The notes under the pieces are model-generated. The model did no database searches. It was not told the origin of the DNA and saw only the letters and a program-made list of their open reading frames with translations. This document shows, one piece after another, positions 28,405-38,923 of a DNA stretch of 64,000 nt. The translations under genes were made by a program, and so were the position numbers. The stretch covers positions 254 to 64,253 of the forward strand of contig JBMOHF010000004.1 in assembly GCA_049317985.1 (NCBI GenBank), written 5' to 3'. This stretch comes from Patescibacteria group bacterium (lineage in GTDB: Bacteria > Patescibacteriota > Patescibacteriia > Patescibacteriales > UBA12465). How positions within the stretch are numbered: the stretch's first letter is position 1; every line of letters starts with the position of its first letter.

Positions 28405-29328
28405 ATGTGGACGATCATTATCACCATTTTTGGGCTTTGCTTGTTTGAAATTATTAGCAGCGTTGACAACGCTATTGTTAATGCGCATATTCTTAAAACA
28501 ATGCCTGAGAAATATCGAAAGATTTTCTTGTTTTGGGGCCTGCTTTTTGCGGTAGTTCTGGTTCGCGGACTTTTACCATTTGTTATCGTTTGGGCGGTTA
28601 ATCCGAGTCTTTCTTTGCCACAAGTTTGGACAGCCACTTTTTCAGGCAGCGATTTAGTGAAGGCTTCCATGGAGGCATCTAAACCGTTATTACTTCTCGG
28701 GGGTGGAATTTACCTATTGTATGTTGCTCTTGCTTGGTTGTTTCTGGAAGAAAAGAAATACGCTTTTTTAGTCGAAGGATTTATTCATCGTCAAGGTGCT
28801 TGGTTTTATGCAATCACTTCAGTCTTAACCACTGGAATTGTCTATCTAGCGTTGAAACAAAATCCGATGCTCGCGCTTGCTGCGACAATCGGTGTGTCGG
28901 CATTCTTTATTACTGACGGATTCAAAAAAAATGCCGAAGAAAAAGAAAAACAATTAATGAAAGGATCTGCGATGAGCGCCTGGAGCAAAATCTTTTACCT
29001 GGAAGCTTTAGATGCTTCATTTTCAATTGATGGAGTGATTGGTGCCTTCGCGTTTACAATGAGTGTGCCTTTGATTCTTATTGGTAATGGCTTGGGTGCG
29101 CTTGTTGTTCGGGAGTTTACAGTTCGTGGAGTGGATCTAATAGCGAGATTTGCCTATCTTAAGAATGGTGCCATGTACTCAATTGGGTTTTTAGGTTCTA
29201 TTATGATTATTGAAAGCTTTGGTCATGAATTTCCATTTTGGGTAGCCCCACTTAATACCGTTCTTCTTTTGGCAGTATTTCTCACCCTTTCCATTCGCGA
29301 GAGTCGCTTGGCTCTGAAAAGAAAATAA
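28405..29328 (+). CDS. DUF475/TerC-family integral membrane protein
   Basis: EIISSVDNAIVNA and YLEALDASFSIDGVIGAFA repeats typical of the TerC/DUF475 family. Confidence 0.7.
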   Translation: MWTIIITIFGLCLFEIISSVDNAIVNAHILKTMPEKYRKIFLFWGLLFAVVLVRGLLPFVIVWAVNPSLSLPQVWTATFSGSDLVKASMEASKPLLLLGGGIYLLYVALAWLFLEEKKYAFLVEGFIHRQGAWFYAITSVLTTGIVYLALKQNPMLALAATIGVSAFFITDGFKKNAEEKEKQLMKGSAMSAWSKIFYLEALDASFSIDGVIGAFAFTMSVPLILIGNGLGALVVREFTVRGVDLIARFAYLKNGAMYSIGFLGSIMIIESFGHEFPFWVAPLNTVLLLAVFLTLSIRESRLALKRK

Positions 29329-29332
29329 AAAT

Positions 29333-30250
29333 ATGAAAATTGTTAGTCACAATCTAGAATTTTTATTTGAAGAAGGAGTTCATTCTCACTCAAGAAAAAA
29401 TTGGGTTTATTCTAAAGAGTTTGCTAACGCACGGGTTAACCATTTTGCAAAACTATTTTCTGAACTTGACGCCGATGTTGTTTTACTCCAAGAGGTAGCG
29501 TCAAAAATAATGATTGAAAGAATAATCGAGAAATCAGGGATTCATTATCATTATTTTATCGCGACGCCAGATAGTAACGGAGTTGGGAACGCTATTCTGT
29601 ATAAAGATAGTAATGCAGAATGCCAGTCCGTGCCTGCTGTGGCGGGATTGCCTGTTTTCATTGATGGCGACATCGATGTGATCGGTCCAAGAATTTATCC
29701 AAGGAGAGACTTTGCTCAGCTAACGACAACCTATCACGGTAAAAAATTACACTTGATCAGCATTCATATTAAAGCTAATTTTTTGATGCCTAAAAAAAAT
29801 GACACCGGTGATGAAATGCCAATGGATACTCAAATTTCGGCGGCCGACGGACGCATTCGGTCAGAATTTTTCCGGATGTCGCAAGCCAAAAAAGTACGAG
29901 AGATGGTAGATGATTTTTTCGTTAATGATCCAGATGCCCTAGTTTTAGTTGGTGGTGATTTTAATGCCGAAGAACATAGCCCAATTTTAAGGATTATTGG
30001 TGGAGAAATAACTGAAGCGTCAGATCATTTATTTTCCGCTTGTCAGAAAGTTGAATTGGAAAAAAGATATTCATCAATCACAAAAAACAGAACAAGGCTA
30101 TTGGATCATTTTTTAATCTCAAAAGCCTTGGTAGAAAATATTATTAAGATAAATATTCTCAATGATAATCTTTCAGACTACGAAGTGATCGAACCAAATC
30201 CAACGGCAGTAATGAGCGATCACGCACCGATCGTTATCGAATTTATTTAG
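29333..30250 (+). CDS. Endonuclease/exonuclease/phosphatase (EEP) family protein
   Basis: VVLLQEV, GGDFNAEE, SDHAPIVIEF. Confidence 0.75.
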   Translation: MKIVSHNLEFLFEEGVHSHSRKNWVYSKEFANARVNHFAKLFSELDADVVLLQEVASKIMIERIIEKSGIHYHYFIATPDSNGVGNAILYKDSNAECQSVPAVAGLPVFIDGDIDVIGPRIYPRRDFAQLTTTYHGKKLHLISIHIKANFLMPKKNDTGDEMPMDTQISAADGRIRSEFFRMSQAKKVREMVDDFFVNDPDALVLVGGDFNAEEHSPILRIIGGEITEASDHLFSACQKVELEKRYSSITKNRTRLLDHFLISKALVENIIKINILNDNLSDYEVIEPNPTAVMSDHAPIVIEFI

Positions 30251-30271
30251 TTCCAACAAAAAAATATCTAT

Positions 30272-31111
30272 ATGTCTAATCTAATAAAAAATAAAGAAGA
30301 AATCCGAGCCATTCGTGAAGGAGGAAAAATTCTTAATGCTATTCTGAAAGCAGTTGGCAAAGAGATAAAACCAGGCGTAAGTACTGCCGACTTGGAGGCT
30401 TTGGCTTGTAAAATGGCTGACGAAGCTGGTGCCAGGCCCGCCTTCAAAAATTATCCGATGGGTGGCGGAATATTTTTTCCGGACATGCTTTGTATCTCAA
30501 TTAACGATGAAGTGGTTCATGGCGTCGCAACCCCGGGGAGAATATTAAATTCCGGCGATATCGTGGATATCGATTTGGGCATGGAATGGCCGACCGAAGA
30601 AAGAACTCGCCAAAAACTTGGTTTGCCAAAAAATCCGCACTCCCTTCTTGGTGGTTTTTATACAGACATGTCTGCCACCTTTCCAGTTGGTAAAATCAGC
30701 GTCGAGGCTAGAAGACTTTTGCAAATTACTCGTGAATGTTTAGAAAAAGGAATTAGAGCTATTAAGCCGGGATTAAAAATGGGAACGCTCGGGAAAATTA
30801 TTCAGGAACACGCCGAAACTCATGGTTATGGGGTTGTTCGTGACTTAGTTGGACATGGTGTCGGTTATCTCGCGCACGAAGATCCCGCGGTTTTTAATTA
30901 TGAAATACCACAACGTGACCCAGAAAATATTGCCCTTGAAGTTGGAATGGTTTTGGCAGTTGAGCCGATGATAAATACAGGAACGTGGAAAATAAAGATT
31001 GACCAAGGAAATAAATTCACGATCAAAACTTTGGATGGTGGGCTTAGTGCTCACTTTGAACACACAGTAGTCGTCACCGAAAATGGCTGTGAAATTTTAA
31101 CCCTAGAATAG
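30272..31111 (+). CDS. map: Type I methionine aminopeptidase
   Basis: VHGV...DIVDIDLG...GHGVG...LAVEPM...EHTV metal ligand pattern. Confidence 0.93.
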   Translation: MSNLIKNKEEIRAIREGGKILNAILKAVGKEIKPGVSTADLEALACKMADEAGARPAFKNYPMGGGIFFPDMLCISINDEVVHGVATPGRILNSGDIVDIDLGMEWPTEERTRQKLGLPKNPHSLLGGFYTDMSATFPVGKISVEARRLLQITRECLEKGIRAIKPGLKMGTLGKIIQEHAETHGYGVVRDLVGHGVGYLAHEDPAVFNYEIPQRDPENIALEVGMVLAVEPMINTGTWKIKIDQGNKFTIKTLDGGLSAHFEHTVVVTENGCEILTLE

Positions 31112-31112
31112 T

Positions 31113-31511
31113 ATGAGTGAATTAAAAAAATACTTAGGAATTGATTGGGGGAGTAAAAGATTGGGCTTGGCGCTTGCTGATAGTGAAACTTTAATGGCCT
31201 TGCCATTTCAAACCGCCGCTTCTTTGGGCGAGGTCTTAATATTAATTGACGAAGAAGAAATTAATGAGGTGATAATTGGTCGTCCAGAAAAACTTTCAGG
31301 AAACCTTGACGAGCCTTTGACTGCTGAATATCTTAGTTTTTTGGCGGCGCTAAAAAAATCACTAAATATCCCAATCATTGAATTCGACGAACGTCTCTCT
31401 AGTAAAGCAGCTGACGCTCTTGGCGGTTCAAAAAAAATGCGTGCTGGCCGCGACGAGATTGCGGCCGCCATAATTTTGCAAAATTACTTAGATGCTTACA
31501 CCGGAAACTAA
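31113..31511 (+). CDS. ruvX: YqgF/RuvX putative pre-16S rRNA nuclease / Holliday junction resolvase-like
   Basis: YLGIDWGSKRLGLALAD...DERLSS. Confidence 0.88.
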   Translation: MSELKKYLGIDWGSKRLGLALADSETLMALPFQTAASLGEVLILIDEEEINEVIIGRPEKLSGNLDEPLTAEYLSFLAALKKSLNIPIIEFDERLSSKAADALGGSKKMRAGRDEIAAAIILQNYLDAYTGN

Positions 31512-32238
31512 AAATACTCTTGGAATAGTTATTAAACGCCGCCCGCTCAAAGAATATGATCGCGCGGTTGTTGTTTATACGCGTGATTTTGGAAAACTAA
31601 ATTTAGCTGTTCGGGGCGCGGAACGTCCAAACTCAAAATTATCTGGGCACATCGAACCCTTCTCTTTAATTGAAGCAATGATCATTAAAGGAAAGCATCG
31701 TGATTATTTGGGCGCGGCTCGCTCAATTGATTCGCGGATAGAAGTGCGGCAAGATTTGAATCGCTTGTTTTATGCTGGCGCGGCTTTAGCGACTCTTGAT
31801 CGATTAACTAAAGAAGCCGAACCTGATAAGGAAGTATTTTTTTTGACTGAAAGTTTTTTAGAATATCTTGATCAACGCACCCCTGATTTAGTAAAAGAAA
31901 AGGGTGAAGTTTTGTTAGTGTCATATATATGGAAATTACTTGCAAATCTTGGCTATCTGCCTCGTCTCGACAATTGTTTAATTTGCGGGGCGGAAATAAA
32001 AGAAAACGATAACCGTTTTGATGCCTTAAAAGGTGGTTTAGTGTGCCCTGTATGTGCCGACCGGAGATTTAAAGAGTGCAACGAGGTCTTGCCAGTAATT
32101 TCCTGGGAAGCAATTAAGGTTTTGCGATTTTTGCTTGAGCAAGATTTTTATCAAATTGCGCGTTTAGCACTAACAAAAGAATTGGTCCATGAAATTAATG
32201 TTCTAACTGAACGATTTAAATTAACTATTTCGGAATAA
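31492..32238 (+). CDS. recO: DNA repair protein RecO
   Basis: N-terminal OB region and zinc motif CLICG...CPVCA. Overlaps ruvX by 20 nt. Confidence 0.85.
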   Translation: MLTPETKNTLGIVIKRRPLKEYDRAVVVYTRDFGKLNLAVRGAERPNSKLSGHIEPFSLIEAMIIKGKHRDYLGAARSIDSRIEVRQDLNRLFYAGAALATLDRLTKEAEPDKEVFFLTESFLEYLDQRTPDLVKEKGEVLLVSYIWKLLANLGYLPRLDNCLICGAEIKENDNRFDALKGGLVCPVCADRRFKECNEVLPVISWEAIKVLRFLLEQDFYQIARLALTKELVHEINVLTERFKLTISE

Positions 32239-32239
32239 T

Positions 32240-32944
32240 ATGCTAGATAAATTTAAGGAAATAATTTTTGGAATGTCCGAAAAGAAAGATGGGCCGATGA
32301 ATCTCCTCAATGATAATAATGGACAGACAATAATAAATCGTCGTCATTTTTTTGCCAAACAAGGGATTGACGACCAAAAAGTTGTTTCTGCCGTGTTTGC
32401 TAATGCTTTGGAGGTTGTGATCGTCAAGAGTGGCGATGAAGGGAAGATCATTTCTGGCGCCGCCGCCCTGGTTACTAGCAAGAAAAATTTATTTTTAACG
32501 ATTACGGTTGCCGATTGTGCGCAAATTTACATATATGATCCTATCCAAAAAGTAATTGGCTTGGTCCATGCGGATTGGCGGGGAATTGTTGGAAATATTA
32601 GCGCTAAAACAATTAACACTTTAAAAAACAGCTTTAAGAGTAAGCCGCAGGATTTGCAGGTCTTTGTTGGGCCGCACATTAGAAGTTGTCACTTTGAAGT
32701 TCAAGAAGATGTGGCCATAATGTTTAAACAATATACAAAATATATAATTCGTCGCGAAGAAAAGATTTATATTGATTTGGCTTCAATTATCAGAAGTCAA
32801 TTATTGACCGTCGGAGTTTTAGGAGATAATATTAGTTTTAGCAAGGAGTGCACCTATTGCGAGGATAAAAAGTATTTTTCCTGGCGAAGAGACAAGCCCC
32901 AGGAAGTTGAAGTGGTTGTTGCATTTATGGGATTAATTGGCTAA
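32240..32944 (+). CDS. pgeF: YfiH/PgeF (DUF152, laccase-domain) family protein
   Basis: TVADC...VHADWRG...SCHFEV...C.YC pattern. Confidence 0.8.
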   Translation: MLDKFKEIIFGMSEKKDGPMNLLNDNNGQTIINRRHFFAKQGIDDQKVVSAVFANALEVVIVKSGDEGKIISGAAALVTSKKNLFLTITVADCAQIYIYDPIQKVIGLVHADWRGIVGNISAKTINTLKNSFKSKPQDLQVFVGPHIRSCHFEVQEDVAIMFKQYTKYIIRREEKIYIDLASIIRSQLLTVGVLGDNISFSKECTYCEDKKYFSWRRDKPQEVEVVVAFMGLIG

Positions 32945-32979
32945 TGTTTAGTAAAGAATGTCGTAAATTGAAATAATAA

Positions 32980-33008
32980 TTGACAAATAATATATATTAT
33001 TTTAGAAT
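32980..33008 (+). promoter_or_regulatory. Near-consensus sigma70 promoter (TTGACA-17-TAGAAT)
   Basis: Hexamers about 50 nt upstream of the 33061 ORF. Confidence 0.65.
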
Positions 33009-33060
33009 TAAGTACTAAAATATATTCCTTAAAAATAATGTTTAACTAAAAATAGAAATA

Positions 33061-33420
33061 ATGAATGGTTTTATTGATGCTTGCAAAATTTTTGAATTTC
33101 ATGATCCAGCTGCCCTAGAAAAAGAAGTGAATGCTTTCTTAGAAAATCATGATAATAAAATTAGTATTCTAAAAAGGGAGGTAATTTTATCCTCAATAAA
33201 TCGGATAGCAATTATGATTTGCTATGAAAATGTTGAAACCGAAGCGCGTGAAAGAGTTAAGGTGCTTTCACATGATAATATTGATGAAGTTACCAACGAT
33301 TCAATAAACTCGACTATCGATGACGGAAAATTAAAAGTGGTCAATATTTTATTAGACTGCCACAGTCCGTCCGATGCCCGTTTTGATGTAGACGTAGCAA
33401 TGATTTTTTATATTTTATAA
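33061..33420 (+). CDS. Hypothetical protein (orphan unit)
   Basis: 119-aa ORF bracketed by its own promoter and terminator. Confidence 0.55.
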   Translation: MNGFIDACKIFEFHDPAALEKEVNAFLENHDNKISILKREVILSSINRIAIMICYENVETEARERVKVLSHDNIDEVTNDSINSTIDDGKLKVVNILLDCHSPSDARFDVDVAMIFYIL

Positions 33421-33437
33421 CTTCTTACTGCTCACTG

Positions 33438-33465
33438 AAGACTGCCCAAAAAAGCAGTCTTTTTT
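33438..33465 (+). terminator. Intrinsic terminator
   Basis: AAGACTGCccaaaaaaGCAGTCTTtttt. Confidence 0.8.
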
Positions 33466-33477
33466 ATTTTCATCTCC

Positions 33478-33506
33478 TTGCTCAAACCGTTAAAATGCGA
33501 TAAAAT
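33478..33506 (+). promoter_or_regulatory. Candidate aspS promoter (TTGCTC-17-TAAAAT)
   Basis: Hexamer spacing of 17 nt. Confidence 0.45.
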
Positions 33507-33565
33507 TTAAGGGTAAATACAAAAAACAATAAAAAGCCGCCAAATTCGGCTGAAATTTTTATTTT

Positions 33566-34879
33566 ATGTCAATTATCTCAATTTCTGAAGCTAAGAAACA
33601 AGAACAAGGATCGGTCCACATCGCCGGGTTTGTTCATAATTTACGTCTCAAAAAAGAGCTCGCCTTTGTTGACTTGCGTGATGCGAGTGGGATAATGCAA
33701 TTAGTTTTTGAGGCTTCGCTTACTCCAGACGCTTTTTTAGTCGCAGAAAACCTAAATATTGAAAGCTACTTAGAAGTAGTTGGTGAATTAAAGGAAAAAC
33801 CAGCAAGAAAAGGTCAGGAAGATGCACCGAAGGACTATGAACTTTCCATCACTGAGGCAACCTTGATTACAAAATCTCTTGAGCAATTACCAATCCCAGT
33901 GATGCAAAAAATTGAAAATGAAGCGAGTCTCGATTTGCGTCTTGATAATCGTTGGTTAGATTTACGAAAACCGGAGCACCGTTTAATTTTTCAGGTCTGG
34001 ACTATTTTTGAAGCTGGCTGTCGAGATTATTTTCTGAACAATAATTTTATTCAAATTTATACTCCCGCTTTAATGGGGACTGCTAGTGAAACTGGTTCCG
34101 AAGTTTTCGAAGTAAAATATTTTGATCGCAAAGCTTTTCTTGCTCAATCTCCACAATTCTACAAGCAAATGGCAATGGCTTCCGGTTTCGAAAAGGTGTT
34201 TACCGTCGGTACGGTTTTTCGTGCTGAGCCATCTTTTACTACTCGTCATGTTACCGAATTTACTGGCTGGGATTTTGAAATCGCCAACATTGTTTCTCAC
34301 GAAGACATTATGGCTGCCGAGGAGAAAATGCTTGTGTCTGGCTTTGAACGTCTAAAGAAAGCTAATCTGCCTTTAGAAATCGAAGTTCCTGCCGCACCTT
34401 TTCCTCGCTGGAGTCTCAAGTTAGTCAAAGAAAAATTGGCAGCAATCGGAATCAAAAGTGAAAAAGATCACGATTTGTCACCAGAAGAAGAACGAGAAAT
34501 TTGTCGCTTAGCCAAAGAAGAAACTGCTAGTGATTTTGTTTTTGTGACTGACTACCCAGTTGAGGCACGGCCTTTTTATCATATGCGCCACTCTGATGAT
34601 AATAATCTCACGATGAGCTTTGATTTGCTTTATCGTGGGCTTGAAATCACAACCGGTGCTCAGCGTGAACACAGAATTGAAGTTCTAGAAAAACAGGCCA
34701 TTGAAAAGGGAATGAACCTCGAAGAACTTCATGATTATTTGAATTTTTTCCGCTTCGGTTGCCCAGCCCATGGTGGAGTTGGTATTGGCCCAGCCCGTAT
34801 TATTATGAAATTGCTTGACCTCGGTAGCGTCAAAGAGGCATGTTTTCTACCTCGCGACGTCAAGAGACTAAACCCATAA
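33566..34879 (+). CDS. aspS: Aspartyl-tRNA synthetase, archaeal/type-2 form (probably non-discriminating)
   Basis: 437 aa class IIb enzyme. LAQSPQFYKQ, FRAEPSFTTRHVTEF, GGVGIGPARI. Confidence 0.85.
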   Translation: MSIISISEAKKQEQGSVHIAGFVHNLRLKKELAFVDLRDASGIMQLVFEASLTPDAFLVAENLNIESYLEVVGELKEKPARKGQEDAPKDYELSITEATLITKSLEQLPIPVMQKIENEASLDLRLDNRWLDLRKPEHRLIFQVWTIFEAGCRDYFLNNNFIQIYTPALMGTASETGSEVFEVKYFDRKAFLAQSPQFYKQMAMASGFEKVFTVGTVFRAEPSFTTRHVTEFTGWDFEIANIVSHEDIMAAEEKMLVSGFERLKKANLPLEIEVPAAPFPRWSLKLVKEKLAAIGIKSEKDHDLSPEEEREICRLAKEETASDFVFVTDYPVEARPFYHMRHSDDNNLTMSFDLLYRGLEITTGAQREHRIEVLEKQAIEKGMNLEELHDYLNFFRFGCPAHGGVGIGPARIIMKLLDLGSVKEACFLPRDVKRLNP

Positions 34880-34896
34880 ATTAACTATTTAATTTT

Positions 34897-35844
34897 ATGA
34901 CTAACCACACAAATGCCAAGTACGCTTTTTATTATCTTTTGTCGCTTGCTGCTTTGTTTTTTATGTCCCTCTCAGTGGGAATGATTGCTTTTAGCATTAT
35001 CGATAAGAGTATTCTCGACGTGCTCACGACCTCTTACTATAATAATGACGGTCAATTAAAATTTGCTATCTCCGCTTTGATTATCGCGACGCCAATTTTT
35101 TATGTCGTTTCCAATCTAATCAATAAAGGCCTGAAAAAAGGAGAGTTGGATAAAGAGTCGGGAATCCGCCGCTGGCTTACTTACTTTATTTTATTAGTTT
35201 CCTCTCTTGTTCTCTTGGGTGTATTTATTAGTGTTATTAATAATTTTTTGTCCGGAGAATTAACAGGTCGTTCAATTTTGAAGGCTCTTTCGATGTTTGT
35301 TATTACTGGGGTAATTTTTTCCTATTATCTTTATGAAAATAAACGAGAAAATTTTTCCGGTAAAGTAATAGCGATGAAAGCTTTTTTCTTTGGATCATTA
35401 GCTTTAGTTATCGCTGCGTTTATTTCAGCTTGGTTTTTCGTTGAATCACCAGCCATGGCAAGAAATCGTCGTCTGGATCAGAATCTAATTAATAATATTG
35501 CAAATATTGAAAGTGCGGTGAACTCCTATCTCTCAAGCCAAAATAAATTGCCAGAAAATTTGGACCAGCTAAAAGCAGAAGCCAGTAGTTATCTAAATAG
35601 CGCCAGTTTAGTTGATCCGGAAACAAAAAAACCAATCGAATACAAAAAAATATCGGTTAGTGAATTTCAACTTTGTGCAAATTTTCGAACCGATAACCGA
35701 GAACAAGGTTCTGAGGTGATGTATTCCTCACCAAGCGACAAACTTCACTCGACTGGTTATCAGTGTTTGAAAGGTGTTATTTTTGACGGTGTTAAACTCC
35801 AAGGTCTAAAATCCCCAGCAGTTATCGCTCAACCTGTTAAATAA
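34897..35844 (+). CDS. Membrane protein (multi-TM N-terminus, soluble C-terminal domain)
   Basis: Several hydrophobic helices followed by a polar domain. DUF5671-like by eye only. Confidence 0.5.
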   Translation: MTNHTNAKYAFYYLLSLAALFFMSLSVGMIAFSIIDKSILDVLTTSYYNNDGQLKFAISALIIATPIFYVVSNLINKGLKKGELDKESGIRRWLTYFILLVSSLVLLGVFISVINNFLSGELTGRSILKALSMFVITGVIFSYYLYENKRENFSGKVIAMKAFFFGSLALVIAAFISAWFFVESPAMARNRRLDQNLINNIANIESAVNSYLSSQNKLPENLDQLKAEASSYLNSASLVDPETKKPIEYKKISVSEFQLCANFRTDNREQGSEVMYSSPSDKLHSTGYQCLKGVIFDGVKLQGLKSPAVIAQPVK

Positions 35845-35849
35845 TATCT

Positions 35850-36578
35850 ATGGTTGCTTTTAAGACCGAAAAATTTGAAGGACCACTTGGTATTCTACTG
35901 CAATTAATCGAGGCAGAAAAAATGGATATCACTGAAATTGCCTTAGCAAGAATTGCTGATCAATTTTTGGCCTACTTAGAACAGGCGGTTGATATTGACT
36001 CCGACGAATTGGCTGATTTTTTAGTAATTGCGGCAAAGCTACTGTATATAAAATCAAAGGCACTTTTGCCGTATTTGGTGATTGAGGAAGAAGAGAAGGG
36101 GGCATTTGATTTGGAGAGGCAGTTGAAGATGTACAAAGAATTCATCGATGCCAGCCAAAAAATAAAGGGAATAATCGCCAACGGTCGACCGCTGTTTACA
36201 CCGGCGATGCCAAGTAAAAATCGCTCAGCTCTTAACCCGGGTTTTTATCCGCCCGCCAAATTAACTGGCGATATTCTTGCTGAATGTTTTCCAAAAATTA
36301 TTGCCAAACTGAAGCCAGTAGTTAAAAAATTAGAGGAAAGATTTTTAGAGCCAAAAATAAGTATTGAGGAACGAATTGATAGCATCCGTCTTCTGGTCAA
36401 AAATAGAGCGCGTGTAAATTTTTCGCAATTGCTTAAAAGTTTTAAAACCCGAACTGAATTAATAGTAAATTTTTTGGCCGTCCTTGAACTAGCAAAACAA
36501 AGAGAAATATTTTTTGAACAAGATGAGCTTTTTGGCGAAATAAATTTAGTCCAGGAAGAAAATATTATTAATACATAA
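35850..36578 (+). CDS. scpA: Segregation and condensation protein A
   Basis: FEGPLGILLQLIEAEKMDITEIALARIADQFL. Confidence 0.9.
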   Translation: MVAFKTEKFEGPLGILLQLIEAEKMDITEIALARIADQFLAYLEQAVDIDSDELADFLVIAAKLLYIKSKALLPYLVIEEEEKGAFDLERQLKMYKEFIDASQKIKGIIANGRPLFTPAMPSKNRSALNPGFYPPAKLTGDILAECFPKIIAKLKPVVKKLEERFLEPKISIEERIDSIRLLVKNRARVNFSQLLKSFKTRTELIVNFLAVLELAKQREIFFEQDELFGEINLVQEENIINT

Positions 36579-36583
36579 AACCA

Positions 36584-37132
36584 ATGAATCTTAAGTCACA
36601 ATTAGAATCACTATTACTGGTTGCTGCCAAACCGCTTAGCTTGAAAGAGTTAAATCTTTTGCTTTCCGTTGAAGCAAAAGAGATTGAAACCTCTTTAAGA
36701 GAATTAGCCGATGAGTACGAGCGAGGCGATAGAGGAATCAGAGTAATTTCTCAAGCTGATAAATATCAACTAGCAAGTGCTCCAGATAGCGCAGAAGTAA
36801 TTAAGAAATTCCTACAAAATGAAACTGCCGGCGAATTAAGTCAGCCCAGCTTAGAAGCCTTAACAATTATTGCTTATCGCGGTCCGATTTCTAAATTTGA
36901 TTTAGAAAGAATTCGCGGTGTGAATTGCAGTTTAATTGTCAGAAATTTGATGCTGCGAGGTTTGATTGAGGAAAAGTTTGAAAAAAATCGTAACGAGAAT
37001 CTTTATTCTGCCAGTTTAGAATTCGTAAAATTTTTAGGTCTTAGTCGTCTAGAAGATTTACCAGACTATGAATCTTTAAAAAACAATCCAGCTTTAAGTG
37101 AATTTTTAGCTATCGAGGAGGAAGGTCGCTAA
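36584..37132 (+). CDS. scpB: Segregation and condensation protein B
   Basis: LSQPSLEALTIIAYRGPISKFDLERIRGV. Confidence 0.9.
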   Translation: MNLKSQLESLLLVAAKPLSLKELNLLLSVEAKEIETSLRELADEYERGDRGIRVISQADKYQLASAPDSAEVIKKFLQNETAGELSQPSLEALTIIAYRGPISKFDLERIRGVNCSLIVRNLMLRGLIEEKFEKNRNENLYSASLEFVKFLGLSRLEDLPDYESLKNNPALSEFLAIEEEGR

Positions 37133-37146
37133 CCCATATTTTTTCA

Positions 37147-38079
37147 ATGTTATATTCAATATTTTTTAATCTATTTGTTTCTTTTTTATTTGCCCGTTTT
37201 GATATTTCTAACCCCATTGCTTTTTGTCCACCAAAAATTCTTTGTGAGATGAATCGAAGTCAAACCGCATATTTGCCAAAAATCTCTGAGACACCAATCT
37301 TTGTTCGGCAGTCTGGGGTGTCCGATCCAGATATATTTGTGAATAGAGCAGCTGTTTTAGCGGCCGAACCAAATGTATTTTTATGGGGAAAGGATGCGGA
37401 AACGGCGCAATCTATCGCGAGTATTTCCAAATTAATGACTGCCTTGGTTTTTCTAGATAATAACAAGGGGTGGGATACAACTTATAAAATTACCAGTAAT
37501 GACTCGATTGGTGGCGGAAAAAATAATTTATTTCTTGGTGACACCATTAAAATCCGAGACCTTTTTTATACTAGTTTAGTTTCTTCGGATAATGGCGCCA
37601 CTCTCGCCCTGGTTCATTCTACCGGCTTAAGTGACACAGAATTTGTGAAGTTAATGAATGAGAAGTCTAAGGAACTCGGCATGTTTAGCGCATCATTCGT
37701 TGAACCAACTGGACTGAGTGACAGAAATAAGGCAAGTGCTCGCGATGTGGCGCGTTTAGCAAGAGAAGCTCTTAGACACGATGAATTGAAAAAAGCTGTA
37801 ACAACAAAATTTTATAATTTTAAAACATTAGAAGATCGAGAAAAAAAACTCAGTAATACCGATGAGCTTTTATCAGATAATTGGCCGGAAGTTTTAATTC
37901 TTGGTGGGAAGACGGGCTACACGGAATCGGCTGGCTATTGCTTTGTTGGCCAATTTAAAAATAAGGACGGAAAGGAAATTATTTCGGTTGTTCTTGGAGC
38001 ACCGAGTAAAGAAGCTCGTTTCTCAGAAACTAAAAAACTTGTAACTTGGATATTTAATTCCTATGCTATTAATCGATAA
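37147..38079 (+). CDS. D-alanyl-D-alanine carboxypeptidase (S11 family)
   Basis: SISKLMT (SxxK), SSDN (SxN), KTGYT (KTG). Confidence 0.85.
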   Translation: MLYSIFFNLFVSFLFARFDISNPIAFCPPKILCEMNRSQTAYLPKISETPIFVRQSGVSDPDIFVNRAAVLAAEPNVFLWGKDAETAQSIASISKLMTALVFLDNNKGWDTTYKITSNDSIGGGKNNLFLGDTIKIRDLFYTSLVSSDNGATLALVHSTGLSDTEFVKLMNEKSKELGMFSASFVEPTGLSDRNKASARDVARLAREALRHDELKKAVTTKFYNFKTLEDREKKLSNTDELLSDNWPEVLILGGKTGYTESAGYCFVGQFKNKDGKEIISVVLGAPSKEARFSETKKLVTWIFNSYAINR

Positions 38080-38539
38080 TTTATATTTTAGAATAAAACG
38101 ATATTTCTTGGCCCATTTTCCCAATTTAATGGCCTATCTTCACCGTAATAAATCTGCTGCAAAATTTGTCTTGAGCGGCTGCTTAACTGGTGGGCTAGAT
38201 CTATTTTTTCTTTACATTTTTCACGGGATAATGCATATCGGAATTATTAAGGCGACTTCAATGTCCTTTGTCATATGTTTTTTGTTGTCATTCTTTCTTC
38301 AGAAAATTTGGACTTTTCGTAATCGTAGTAATGATCGCGTGTTACGTCAAATGTTAATGTATTTTGCGGTTGGGTTTATGAATTTGAATTTTAATGGTTT
38401 CTTGATGCATATTTTGGTAATTCGTTTTGGTGTCTGGTATTTACTTTCCCAGCTCTTAGTAAATTTTACTCTTGGAGCAGGGAATTATATTTTTTCTAAA
38501 TTTATTATTTTCCGTAAAAAAAATGAAATTCGAGGTTAA
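38063..38539 (+). CDS. GtrA-family membrane protein
   Basis: Four hydrophobic helices. KFVLSGCLTGGLDLFFLY start region typical of GtrA. The start may be ATG 38129. Confidence 0.65.
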   Translation: MLLIDNLYFRIKRYFLAHFPNLMAYLHRNKSAAKFVLSGCLTGGLDLFFLYIFHGIMHIGIIKATSMSFVICFLLSFFLQKIWTFRNRSNDRVLRQMLMYFAVGFMNLNFNGFLMHILVIRFGVWYLLSQLLVNFTLGAGNYIFSKFIIFRKKNEIRG

Positions 38540-38852
38540 ACAAAAATATTTATCTCTTAGGCCCGATCAGTTTGTTCAAAGACATTGTGGTTATGCGCGC
38601 ATCGTTGATCATGAAACTAATCAAGAAAGCTTTGCGAATCGTTTAACACGGGATTTTTATCCTCGTTTTCATTTATATTTAGATAGCAGAGTTGATGATG
38701 GTGATGAGATAATTATTTTTAGTTTACATCTAGATCAAAAAAAATCTGGTCAAAGTGAAACTCGCCATAGCGCCGAATATGATGGCGAGCTTGTTGAAGG
38801 AGAAGTAGCGCGCTTAAAATCCTTAGTTATCGATAATTACCGAAATGGTTAA
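38523..38852 (+). CDS. Hypothetical protein
   Basis: Start moved to ATG 38523 (MKFEVKQKY). No motif recognised. Confidence 0.5.
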   Translation: MKFEVKQKYLSLRPDQFVQRHCGYARIVDHETNQESFANRLTRDFYPRFHLYLDSRVDDGDEIIIFSLHLDQKKSGQSETRHSAEYDGELVEGEVARLKSLVIDNYRNG

Positions 38853-38923
38853 TATATTTTTAAAAGTCTGTTGCAAAAGCCTGCTAGAACAGGTACTATA
38901 CTTAGTTACTACTAACTAGAAAA